From the human T2T-CHM13v2.0 reference genome, Homo sapiens: 64,000 nt of DNA. The notes under the pieces are model-generated. The model made no database searches. It was given only the letters and a program-made list of their open reading frames with translations, and was not told the DNA's origin. A program made the translations under genes and the position numbers. Location of the stretch: assembly GCF_009914755.1 (NCBI RefSeq), contig NC_060947.1, one strand, 5' to 3'. Shown piece after piece: positions 1-12,174 of the stretch. The stretch's first letter is position 1. Each line of letters opens with the position of its first letter.

Positions 1-85
1 CTCCTCCTTTTTGTCTTTTTCCTTTTCTTCCTCCTTCCCTTTCTCCTTCTCTTCCTCGTTCTCCTCCTCCTTCTCCTTTATCTCT
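1..85. repeat. CT-rich low-complexity polypyrimidine tract
   Basis: Almost pure C/T sequence (ctcctccttttttgtctttttccttttcttcctcc...). Confidence 0.85.
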
Positions 86-2688
86 TTATTTAAGTAAATC
101 TATTTTAAACCACTACCCAACCACAAGCTGAAGGGAAAAAGACTTCAAATATCAAACACAATAAGAATGCAGTATTTAAAATATAGTTTTAAAAGTTATT
201 AAAGAAAGAACTACAAGTGACACCGAGCGACAACAAACACTAAGGAGGGGGAAGTTTCAAATTTCCAGAGGTAACAAATTATTCAAGTCTCTAGTTCCCA
301 ATAAAGTTATGAGATATGCAAAGAAACAAGATATTATACATTCTTTCGTAAACAACATTAAGGTTTGCTACAGTAGACCTGCTGTACCAGAAATACTAAG
401 GGGAGTCTTTCCAGCTGAAATGAAAGGACACTAGACAGTAACTCAAAGCCATATGAAGAAATAAAGAATACTGGTAAACATAAAACAAGGATTATTGTAC
501 TTTTTGCTTGTAGTTCTTCCTTATTTCTTATGTGATTTGAAAAATAAATTCGTACAACTATAAATATACATAGATGCTAATGGTAATGTACAAAGATGTA
601 ATTTCTGACAATAACAATTTTAAGGTACAAGATACGTAGGAATATAATTTTGTGTACTATTAAAGCTAAGTTGGTATTAATTTAATAATTTGTTATAAGT
701 TTAAGATGTTAATTATAATCTTAATGTATCAACTAGGAAAACAGCTAAAAATATAGACAAAATGAGAAGAGATTTAAAACATTACACTAAAACAATCAAT
801 TAAACACAAAAGGAGAGAAATGGAAAACTTGAGGAACAAAAGTGATGTGTGATGTAGAGAAAATGAGTAACAAAATGGCAAAATGGCAGAAGAATGTCTT
901 TCTTTATCAGTAATTACTTTAAATATAACTGGATTAAATAAAAAATGAAATGTATTAATTAGCAGACTGAAATAAATAAACTTTAGATCCAAAGACACAA
1001 ATAGCTTGAAAATGAAAGGATAGAAGAAGATATTCTATGCGCATAGTGACCAAAAAGGAGCTGGGGTATTTATACTAATACAAGACACAATTGACTTTAA
1101 GTGAAAGAAAAAGGTTATGAGGGACAAAAATGTACATTGCATATCAAGGGTCACGTCACCAATAATGTAAATATTTGTAAGCATATACACACCAAGCAAC
1201 AGAGTCCCCAAATATATGAAACAAATATTGATAGAATTGACAGGAGAAAATAAAGGACTTGAACAACACTATAAATCAAGTAGACCTAATAGACATATGG
1301 AGAACACACTAACACAAATGAGCAGAATACACATTCTTCTTAAGTGCCTATGGAACATTCTGAAGAATAGACCATATGTTACGTCAAAAAACAAGTCTTA
1401 ATAAATTTTAAGAGATTAAAATCATACCAATTATTTTCTTTAGCCACAAAGAAATCAGTCTATTAATCAATAACAAAAAAAAGGTAAAATCACAAAAAAT
1501 GAAAATTAAACAATACATTCTTAAACAACCAAAGGATCAAAGAAGTGATCACATAGGAAATTTAAAAATACATAGAGAAAAAAAGAAAAGCACAACATAC
1601 CAAAACTTATAGGAAATAACAAAAGCAGTTCTCAGAAAGAAATGTATTGTTACGAACATCCACATTAAAAGAGAAAAAAATCCGAATTAATAACTCTATA
1701 CCTGAGGCACTAGAAAAATAAGAGTAGACTAAATCCAAGACTAACAGCAGGAAGGAAGTAACAATTAGCATGAAGATCAACAAAATAAAGAAATAATAAA
1801 CAATAGAGTTTTATTTGATTAAATAAAAGGTGGTACTTTGAAAATATTAACCAAACTGACAAAAATTTAGCTAAAAGTAATGCGTTAAAAAAGAGAAGAC
1901 ATAAATAACTAGAATAAAGAAAAAAAGTGGGGCATTACTACTAACCTTATTGAAGTAACCTTATTGAAATAAAAACTGCAACTGTACACCAACAATTTAG
2001 ATAAACAAATATGAAAATTAACAGCAAAAATAGAAGAGAAGGGAATACTTCATAACACATTCAATGAAGTAAACATTACACCAATACTCACAGCATGCAA
2101 AGACGTCACAAGAAAATAATTATATAGAACAAAATTCTTTATGAATATTGATGCAAAAAATTCCTCAAGAAATACTAGCAAAGCAAATCTGGAAGCATAA
2201 TTGAATTATAAAATTTAGGATTCTATGTCATGTCCAGGTTGGATTTATCCGAGGAATGCAAGTGTGTTTCAACATAAGAAAATCAATTAATGGAATTTTC
2301 CACATTAACAGAATGAAGTAAAGAAAGCACATGATCATGTCAATTGATGCAAAAAGCATATTTAAAAAATGCAACATTTTATAAAAACACTCAACAAACT
2401 AAAAATAGAATAAAAGTTTCTCAAAGTGATGAAGTACATACTTTACAAACCCAGCACTAACATAAGACTTAATGGTGAAAGGCTGAAAACTTTCACCCTT
2501 GTATCTTGAAGAAGATAAGGATGGCAATTCTTACCACTTCTCTTCAACAGGTTATGAGAAGTTATAGCCAAAGCATTCAAACAAGAAAAAAAAGGTTAAA
2601 ATCATTCAAATAGAAAAGGAAGAGTTAAGACTATCTCTATTCACCTCTATTCACAGATGACATGATCACTTATAGAAAGAATCTTGAA

Positions 2689-2708
2689 ACACACACACAC
2701 ACACACAC
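2689..2708. repeat. (CA)n microsatellite inside L1
   Basis: About 10 AC units. Confidence 0.9.
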
Positions 2709-3116
2709 TATTAGCACCAATAAATTCCACAAAACTGCGGTGAACAAAATCAACACACAAAATGCAGTGGTAATTCTATAAACTAGCAATGAGAAATCCA
2801 AAAATAAAATTTAAAAGTCCATTTAGTATAGTATCAAAAATATAAAATACTCAATAAGAATAAATGTAACCAAGGAAGTGCAAGACTTATACATTTCAGA
2901 CTACAAAACCCTGCTGAAATAAATTAAAGAATACCTAAATAAAAAAGAAGGCATCCCGTGTTTATGGAACGACAGACAATATCATAAAGATGGCATTACT
3001 CTCCAAAGCCACATATAGATTCAATGCTAACTTCTTCAAAATCACAAATGCCTTCTGACAAAAATAGAAAAGTTCATACTGAAGTTCACATAGATTTGCA
3101 AGGGATACTGACTAGC

Positions 3117-3471
3117 TGTATTAGTCCATTCTCATGCTGCTACAAGGACATACCGAAGACTACGTAATTTTTTATATAAAGAAAAGAGGTTTAATAGACA
3201 CACAGTTCTGCGTGGCTGGGGAGACATCAGGAAACTTACAATCATGGTGTAAGGCGGCAGGCAAGAGAATTGAGTGCCATCCAGCGAAATGCCAGACACT
3301 TATAAAACTATCAGATCTTGTGAGAACTCACTCGCTATCATGAGAACAGCATGGGGGAAAACCGCCCTCATGATTTAATTACCTCCAACTGGGTCCCTCG
3401 ATGCTCTGTGGGTATTATAGAAACTACAATACAAGATGAGATTTGGGTGGGGACACAGCTAAGCCATATTA
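3117..3471 (-). mobile_element. MaLR solo LTR (THE1C/D-like)
   Basis: Begins 'tgtattagtccattctcatgctgct' and ends 'gggacacagctaagccatatta'. 5-bp TSD CTAGC at 3112-3116 and 3472-3476. Confidence 0.9.
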
Positions 3472-3995
3472 CTAGCCAACACAATTTTGAAAAAGAATAA
3501 TGAACTTGGAGGACTCGCACTTCTGATTTTAAAGCTTATAAGCAAGATTCAATATTCAAAACAGTGCGGTTTTGGCATAAGTAAACACATATACACCCAG
3601 GGAATAGAATGGACAGTCAAGAAATAAACCTATGTGTCTAAGGCAAATTTATTTTAGAATAAGCCACCAAGATTGTGTCATGGGGAAAGGACATTATCTT
3701 CAATAAATAGTGCTAGGAGAACTGTATATCCAAATGTAAAATAATGAATCTGGATTCCTATCTCACAACATGTACAATATTAAAGTAAATCAAATAACTA
3801 AATGTAAGTGCTAAACCTCTAATGCTCTTAGAAGAAAATCTAGCACTAAATCTTCATAACCTTTTATTTGGTATTAATTCTCAGTATATGATACCAAAAA
3901 CATAAGCAACAAAATAAAAAATAGAGAAATTAGACTTCATCAAAATAAAGAACTTTTGTGCATCAAGTGACACTATTAGAGAAATGAAAAGACAA

Positions 3996-4757
3996 ATATT
4001 TTCTCCCATTCTGTAGGTTGTCTCTTCACTTTGTTGATTGTTTTCTTTGGTGTGCAGAAGCATTTTTAGCTTGATGTGATACCATTGGTCAATTTTGCTT
4101 CGATTGGCTGTACTCTGAGGTCTTACTCAATAAATCTTTGCACAGACCAGTGTTCTGGAGAGTTTCCTCAATGTTTTCTTCTAGTAGTTTCACAGTTTTA
4201 GGTCTTAAATTGGAGTCTTTAACCCATTTTCATTAGACTTTTATGTATGGTGAGAGATAGGCGTCTAGTTTCATTCTTCTGCTTATAGATATCCAGTTTT
4301 TCCACACCATGTATTGAAAAGACTGTTCCTTTTTCAATGTATGCTCGTGGTGTTTTTGTCAAAAAATGAATGGAATGTAATTGCATAAGCTTATTTCTGG
4401 GCTCTTTATGCTGTTCCATTGGTCTATGTGTCTGTTTTTATGCAAGTACCATGCAGTTTTGTTTTGCAAACTATTAAACTGACAAGGGATTAATGACCAG
4501 AGTATATAAGGAACTCAGATAGTAAAATTAAAAAAATCTGACTAAAAATGGACTAAAGATATGAAAAGACTTTTAAAAAAATAACTAGAAATGGAATGTT
4601 GGAATGTTCTCAGCACAAAGAAGTGATAATTATTTGAGGTGCTGGATATCCTAACTACCCAGGTTTGATAATTATGAATTGCATGCTTGTTTCAAAATCT
4701 CCCATGTACCCCATAAGTATGTACAACTGTTATGTATCTCTAAACATTAAAAATGAA
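3996..4757 (+). mobile_element. 5'-inverted L1MA insertion: antisense ORF2 piece 3996-4461, then a sense piece with an internal deletion and L1MA 3' UTR
   Basis: The reverse complement of the antisense arm ends '...acagaatgggagaaaata' and the sense arm starts 'tttgcaaactat', which are contiguous in L1. L1MA-type end 'catgtaccccataagtatgtacaactg'. Degraded TSD: aaatgaaaagacaa / aagtgagcaagacaa. Confidence 0.75.
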
Positions 4758-6589
4758 AAAGTGAGCAAGACAATTTAATGGGAGAAAATAATTTCAAATC
4801 TTATATAGGATAAGTTTCTGGTGTCCAGAATATATAAAAGACTATTAAAACTCAACAATAAAAAGAGAAATAACCCAATTAAAAATAAGTAAAGTATGTG
4901 AATAAACATGTGTCTAAAGAAGATACACAAATGAACAACAAATACATGAAAAAATGTTCAACATCATCATTCATTCAGTTAATGCACGTCAAAACTACTT
5001 TGAGATTCAACTTCATACCTACTAGGATGCTGTAATCAAAAATATAGAAAATAATCATATGCTCAGGATGTGAAGAAGTTATAATTATTGGTGGGAATAC
5101 AAAATGATTTAGCTAAAACTGACAACAATTGAGCTCTTCTTCAAAAAGTTAAACAGAATTACCATATGCCCAAGCATATGGTATACTCTTAAGTACATAC
5201 CACATTCCTCCAAACTGAAAACAAGTACTCAAACAGATAAATGCCCACATGTGTCCTTAGCAGCACTATTCACAATAGCTACAAGGTGGAAACAGCTCAA
5301 ATGTCCATCAATGAATGAATGGATATACAAATTTTAGCATATAGATTCAATAGAATACTATTCAGCCATGAAAACTAATGCAGTATTGATACATGTGAGG
5401 ACATTGGTTTATCTTGTAAACTCTAGGCGAAGTGAAAGATTTCAGACAAAACAGGTTACATATTGTATGCTTTCATTTTTGTGAACTATCTAGAATAAGC
5501 ACATTCATAATGACAGAGGGCGGATTAATGGTAGTCAAGGGTTTAAGGAGGAGAGAATTGGGAGTGACTGCTAATTGGAGTCTCTTTTGTGGGTAAAATA
5601 TTATTTGGAAACTAGATAGAAGGGATCATTGGACAAAGTCGTGAATGTGCTAAATGCCACTGAGTTTATACTTTAAAATGGTCGATTTTATATTATGTAA
5701 ATTTCACCTCAATAAAAATATGAGGATAACAATACTTATACTGAGTTGTGGTGTGAAAAAGTACGTAAATGATATAGCGTATACACATACTTAAATAAAT
5801 ACATAAATATAAGGTATTGATGATGAACATAAATATGATTTAAAGAGAAAATGAATGATTTGTAGGTTAAACTATACTTACACTTGGGACATTTCAGGAC
5901 ATCTACAAGAGTTGTGAAAAAGTAGAAGCAAAATATCCCTCGAAATTACAGCTTACAAGAATAAAAATAAGTAAAATTAAGTTATCTGGCTGATGTAAAT
6001 GACAGAGATTCCAGTTCCTTCCTAAGCTTCTGCAGGAGTAGATTCTCAAATTCCTGGCACCCAAGATCCTTGGGCAGTAATGGGAGTTGATAAATTAACT
6101 GGTAATCCCAGAGATGTTGTCAAAGATGCTGCTATTAGAAAACCTACGGAGTTACTTGGCATTTTTGTATTTGGCTGAATATAGTTATGTTGATTTTAAA
6201 ACATTGTTGGCTGGGAGTGATGGTTTTTGATATAATGCCTAACTGGCCCCCTTTGACCCTTGGAGAATAGCAGAATATCTTGAACATATCTAGATGCCCA
6301 TTCCAAAATTCCTCGTTTGGACAAGGACTAAAAAGCGTCAAAACACTCTCTAGTAGAATGTTTACTTGTGAAGGAAAAATGAAGCCTCTAATAAGAAATT
6401 ATGGAAGAAAAATAACTTATAATAAAGGAATAAAAATATAGTTAGCCTCTGGATTTAGTACTATAACTATAAATTCCAAGAGACCATCATAATGCCAGCA
6501 GTTTCTGCAGGAAAAGTATTAAATGGCCCATGTGGTCATTCACATGTGACTGAAAATAAAGGAAGGAAAGGAGAATGGAAATGGGGTAT

Positions 6590-6760
6590 TTAGCGAGTAA
6601 TTAGTATACATTGGGTAATGTGGTAGGCACCTTACATGTAACTCACAGTATCTTCCCAATAATGCTGTAAGTTAGATCTTATCTCTACTTTGAAAGTGAA
6701 GAAACAAAAACTTGGATAATTTAAAAAAAGCATTCTCAAGGTTACCAGCTTATAACTAAT
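6590..6760 (-). mobile_element. MIR fragment
   Basis: Core-like 'ttatctctactttgaaagtgaagaaacaaaaacttggataatttaa...ctcaaggttaccagct'. Confidence 0.55.
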
Positions 6761-7732
6761 TCTAAAATCAAACCTTCTTTCAGAGACTACTAACTAAATC
6801 GCCAAGGTCTGAGAAAATGCCCCACCACTTCCTGAAGATTAAAAAAAAAATAAGAATATAAAAATGTGCACTAGGTCACCAAGAGGCGAACCAAAATAAA
6901 ATGTCAAAAGACGAAAGTATTGAACATTGAAATACACTGAAGATTACTAAACCACTGTACAAAAATACTCAAGTTCATGGAGCATATGTTCAAACTGGAA
7001 TATCTAAATAAATAATGTGGTAACAAATAAAGTGGAAGGAAGAAAAAAAAGGAGAGGAATAGAGATTTTATTTTCCCTTTTTAATTATGGGGGTTTTCAA
7101 CCAACTATTTGATAAAGATAAGAAAGAGGGTTGGGGTAGGAAGGGTCTGGAAAATGTTACAAATATTTTCTTTACCACAAGTGGGAAACAAATGTTATTC
7201 AATTTTGAAACTATATATATATGAAGGCTTAACAGTGTTTTTAAAAACTCAAGGTGACAACTCATAGAATTGTCATCGAAATGTCTACCTTGAATGCCAT
7301 AGAGAGAGATAGAAACAAATAAAATGTAGGCTAACAAGAACTATCAAACTCAAAAGATAGCAAGGGCACAGAAAAAACAGAAAGCAAACAAGTGAATACA
7401 GATAATGGAAACCTAAAGAGGAATGCTTGATTTGAATTCAAAGATCTAATTCAGGTTTCTCAACTTTCACTGTTAGTACAAAATTTTGCACTAATGTCAG
7501 TCAAGAGCAAAATAAGGGAGAAGACTGAACTTCCTTAAAGTGGTGATTATTGCATCTCTCTCTCTTTTCTTGCCCTACAATTTTATTTGCAAGGAAAACA
7601 TAAAGGAGACATGAAGTCCGAATGGATGAGGTCACACAAAAAGACATTTCCTGAAGTTTAACAAATTCCAAAGTGGACACAGTCTATGAAGTTGCTTTAG
7701 CTTGCGGCTATTTTCGTTGAATTTATTTAACT

Positions 7733-7804
7733 ATATATATATATGATCTTATGAAGATATATATATATGATCTTATGAAGATATATATATATGATCTTAT
7801 GAAG
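7733..7804. repeat. Minisatellite, 3 x 24 bp (atatatatatatgatcttatgaag)
   Basis: Three adjacent identical units read directly. Confidence 0.95.
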
Positions 7805-8487
7805 TTTTTATGCTATTTTGCTTAATTTTATAATAAACATCTGTGAGCTCATCAATTTCAAGAATAAAATATCACCAACTGCTTCTACATCTATGTTCCC
7901 TACCCTATCCTTCTGCTTTCTTTTCCATACTCAGTCACAGATAATCACCATTTCGAATTTTGAATTCATCTTTTAATTATTGTTTCTAAAATATATTTAT
8001 CACATATGAAAGATTGACCTAAAATATATTACATAACTTAGCTTTCTTGAGAGCTATATAGCTCTCAAGTTATATAGCATTATCTAATTAGTTTGAACAT
8101 TCACAACCCAATGGCCCATCAATTTCATTACTATTTAAACCATAAAATGTTTATGTATTACAAAAAGATTTATAGCAACATTGTTTCCAATAGCACAAAA
8201 CTTGAAGAAACTGAAATGATTGTCAGCAGAAGAATGGATAAAAAAATATAGCATACTATAGCTATATAATGTAACATTATACACTAGTGATAAAATACAA
8301 ACTACAATTACTGGCAACATGGATAAATTTTAGAAATACAGTATACTGGGTGAAAAAACCAAGTTCCCTTAAATTTTGTTCACTTATTGGATATGGTTAT
8401 GACAGTTGAATTGATGGCCAGAATCGTGGTTAGTCATCTTCTGATTTGGGCTGTTTCTCCTCACATATGGGTCCTGTCTTCTCCTTC

Positions 8488-9635
8488 TGTAACAGACACT
8501 ATTGATTGCTACTCAAAATTTGCACTCATACTCTTTTTTTACTGGCAGTGTCTCATATTGAGAAGAGTTAGCTAGCTTGCCTTAAATAGACAGCAAAGGA
8601 AGGGTCCCTGGAGAGCCACCGACCCATGGGTCAGTGCCTCATTCCCACACAACACAAAAAGCAGCATGGGGTAATAAAATCCAGCCCACTGAGATAAAAA
8701 CTTGCACAAACCTCTGGCTCACTCAGATAAGGGAACAACACCTGACATAGAAATGCCTTTTTCCTTTGTATAATCAGCAGGCTCCCAGGAAAACGTTTCT
8801 TCTCCTTTTGGGGCATGAACCCGGTGGGTTCGAGTGGGTTCCTGTGGACACTTTCATTTCTTTTTTAGACTGTTAGCCCGGCCTCTATGAATCATCACTT
8901 CAGCCCCTGATTGGTCCCAGGCCAAGATCCCTGGCCAAGCTTTCATTTCGGCTTCTGATAGGTTCCAGGCCAAGCTGAGTAGCCCCTATGAATCATCACT
9001 TCAGCTCCTGATTGGTCCTGGGACAAGCTGAATCATGCTTTCTCCCAGACAGCCGACAGACTAAGCACATTCATTCCCCTTCCCCAGTCCATAAAAACCC
9101 CCAGACCCCAGCCTTATAGTGGGCAACCCATTAAGGCCCCATCTTCACTGGCAGAGAGCTTTCTTCTTTTGCTTATTAAACTTTTGCTTCAACCTCACCC
9201 TTTCGTATGAACTTTTTAATTCTCTTTGATGTGAGACAAAGAATTCTGGGTACTATCTCAGAGAATGAGAGACTGCTACATTTTGGTGCATTGGCCGAGA
9301 CTACAAAAATTAACCTTCATCCACAGGGCCATGTATTTTCACTAAGCCAATTATAGTTAATTCAGTTCCATTACCAAAGATTCATTTGGGAATTAAGCAT
9401 ATCATACAATTCTGGCCAGTACTGTGTGAAGGGAAGTATACTGAGAATATGTGCAATTGGGAATTCTTGGGGAAAGAATCTGAAAGTGATCCAAGGGATA
9501 AAATAGCTACTCTGCTCAAGCCTTATGTTTTGATAAAATCCTGAAAGTATGAAAAGAGCTAGCCAAGGGACAAAGCCAATGCACTATAGATGACAGAAAA
9601 AGATGTAAAATAACTTGAATCAATGACGTAATCGA
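8488..9635. mobile_element. Old MLT1-type MaLR LTR split by an ERV1 LTR
   Basis: Starts 'tgtaacagacactattgattgc'. Resumes after ~9310 with 'ctaagccaatt...caattctggccag...gaagggaagt', typical of MLT1H/I/J. Boundaries are approximate. Confidence 0.5.
8559..9308 (+). mobile_element. ERV1-class solo LTR (MER4-supergroup-like; subfamily uncertain)
   Basis: TG start, repeated 'ctgattggtcc' CCAAT units (8884-9030), TATA-like 'cataaaa' (~9090), polyA signal 'attaaa' (~9175). U5 end 'gactgctacattttggtgcattggccgagactaca'. No clean TSD. Confidence 0.8.
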
Positions 9636-9866
9636 ATTATGTCCTTTCCCCAATATACATTTTGGCACCATTGTTGAAAATGAGTTTACTGCATATATAT
9701 GGATTTCTTCTGGGTTTGCTGTTCTGTTCCATTGTCAATGTTGAAGGTTGTATGCCAGTTTTATGCTGTTTTGGTTACTATAGCTCTGTAGCATAATTTG
9801 AAGTTGGGTAATGTGGTTCCTCCATTTTTGTTCTTTTTGCTCAGGACATCTTTGGCTATTCTGTTT

Positions 9867-9907
9867 TGTGTGTGTGTGTGTGTATGCGTGCGTGCGCGTG
9901 TGTGTGT
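9867..9907. repeat. (TG)n/(TGCG)n alternating purine-pyrimidine tract
   Basis: tgtgtgtgtgtgtgtgtatgcgtgcgtgcgcgtgtgtgtgt. Confidence 0.9.
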
Positions 9908-10605
9908 CTCCATATAAATTTTAGGATTGCTTTTCTATTTATGTGAAGAGTGTCATTAATATTTCGACAAAATTGCATTAAATCTGTAGATTACTTTGGG
10001 TCAGATGGACATTTTAATACTATTGATTTCTGCAATCAATGAACTTGGAATTTTTTTCATTTTTTGGTTTCCTTTATATTTTTATTAATGAGTAAGTAAT
10101 AGCTTTCATTGTTAAAGTCTTTTATGTCTTTGATTAATTCCTAAATATATGTATAATTTTGTTGCTCTGGTAAATAGGATTGATTTTATTTTATTTTTTC
10201 AGATTGTTCACTGTTGGCATATAGAAATGCTTCTGCTTTTTGTGTGTTAATTTTGTATCTTCCAACTTCATTGAATTTGTTTTTCAGTTCTCAGTTTTCT
10301 ACTGGAGTCTTTAGGTTTTTCAAAATATGATATCATATCATCTGCAAACAAGGATAATTTGACTTCTTCCATTCCAATTTTGGCTGCCCTTTATTTCTTT
10401 CTCTTGTCTGATTGCTGTAGTGAGGACTTCCAGTACTGTATTGAAATACAGTGATAAAAGTGGGTATCTTTGTTTTGTTCTAGGTCTTAGATAAAATGTT
10501 TTCAGTTTTTGTCCATTTAGTCTGATACTCGCTGTGGATCTATAATATATGACTTTTGTTGTGTTCAGGTAAGTTCCTTCTATACCAAGTTTTTAAGGTA
10601 TTTAA

Positions 10606-10954
<349 letters not shown>

Positions 10955-12174
10955 GGGATGTTGAATCTTATCTAAGGCTTTTTCGGTATCAATTGAAATG
11001 ATCTTATGATCTTTCTCCTTCATTGTGTTGATATTATGTATCACATTGTTTGTTTTGTGTATTTTGAAACACATTTGCACGATGAATGACTTTTTAAAAT
11101 GTGTTGTTGAATTTGGTTTGCTAGTATTTTGTTGAGAATTGATGAAGTTCATAAGGGATATTGACTGGTAGGTATTTTTTTCTTTTTGATGTGTCTTTTT
11201 CCGGTTTTGGTATCAGGGTAATACTTGCTTTATAGAATAAGTTTGGAAGTATTCCCTCCTCTATTGTTTGAAATACTTTGAGTAGGATTGGTGTTAATTC
11301 TTCTTAATGTTTGGTATAACTCAGCGGTGAAAACATCAGGTCCTGGGCTTTTCTTTACTTGGAAGCATTTTATTGTGGCTTTGATCGCATTACTTGTTAT
11401 TGATCTGTTCATGTTTTGGATTTCTTAATGGTTCAATCGTGGTAGGTTGTATGGGTATAGGAATTTATCCATTTCTTTTTGGTTTTACCATTTATTGGCA
11501 TATAGCTGTTCATAGTAGCCACTAATGATTCTTTGAATTTCTGTGGTATCATTTGTAATGTCTCCTTTTTTATCTCTAATTTTATTTATATGGGTCTTGT
11601 CTTTTTTTAATCTTTTACAAAAATCAACTTTTTGGTTTTCTTGATCTTTTGTATTGTTTCTCTGTTACAATTTTATTTATTTCTGCTATGATGTTTATTG
11701 TTTCTTCTGCTAATTTAGGATTTGGTTTGCTCTTGCTTTTCTCATACTTTATGATGCATTGATAATTTTTTATTTGAAGTTTATCTTTTTTTTGATGTAA
11801 GCATTTATATCTATAAGCTTTCCTATTAGTAATGTTTTTGTTGTATCCCATAGGTTTTGGTATGTTGTGTTTTCATTATTATTTCTTTCTAAAAAGTTTC
11901 AATTTTCTTCTTAACTTGTTCATTGGCCCACTGGTCATTCAGGAGCATATTGTTTAATTTCCATGTTTTTGCGTAGTTTCCAAAATTCCTTATGTTTTTG
12001 ATTTCTAGTTTTATTCCACTGTGGTCAGAGAAGATACTTGATATAATTTTAATTTTTTGAATTTTTAACATGTTTTTTGCTCTAACATATGGTCTATCTT
12101 TGAGAATGATCCATGTGCTGTGAAGAATAGTTAATTTTCAGTTGTTGGATGAAATGTTCTAAAAATAGTTATTA

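Larger units (their letters stand above)
170..5719 (+). mobile_element. Old LINE-1 (L1MB/L1M4-like): ORF1 end, decayed ORF2 and 3' UTR, interrupted by a THE1 LTR and an L1MA
   Basis: Collinear degraded ORF2 landmarks: 'gaatattgatgcaaaaa' (NIDAK, ~2143) and 'ctctattcacagatgacatgatc' (LFTDDMI, RT, ~2645). L1MB-type 3' end 'aaatgccactgagtttatactttaaaatgg...aatttcacctcaataaaaa'. The 5' boundary is approximate. Confidence 0.85.

Noticed and set aside
1942-2655. Short tandem micro-duplications (taaccttattgaa x2; ctctattcac x2)
   Set aside because: Ordinary slippage indels in a decayed L1.
5900-7450. Possible HAL1/L1ME remnant
   Set aside because: Resemblance is too weak to set family or boundaries by eye.
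7733-7804. Direct repeats as a CRISPR-like array
   Set aside because: The units are adjacent with no spacers, there are no cas genes, and the context is eukaryotic.
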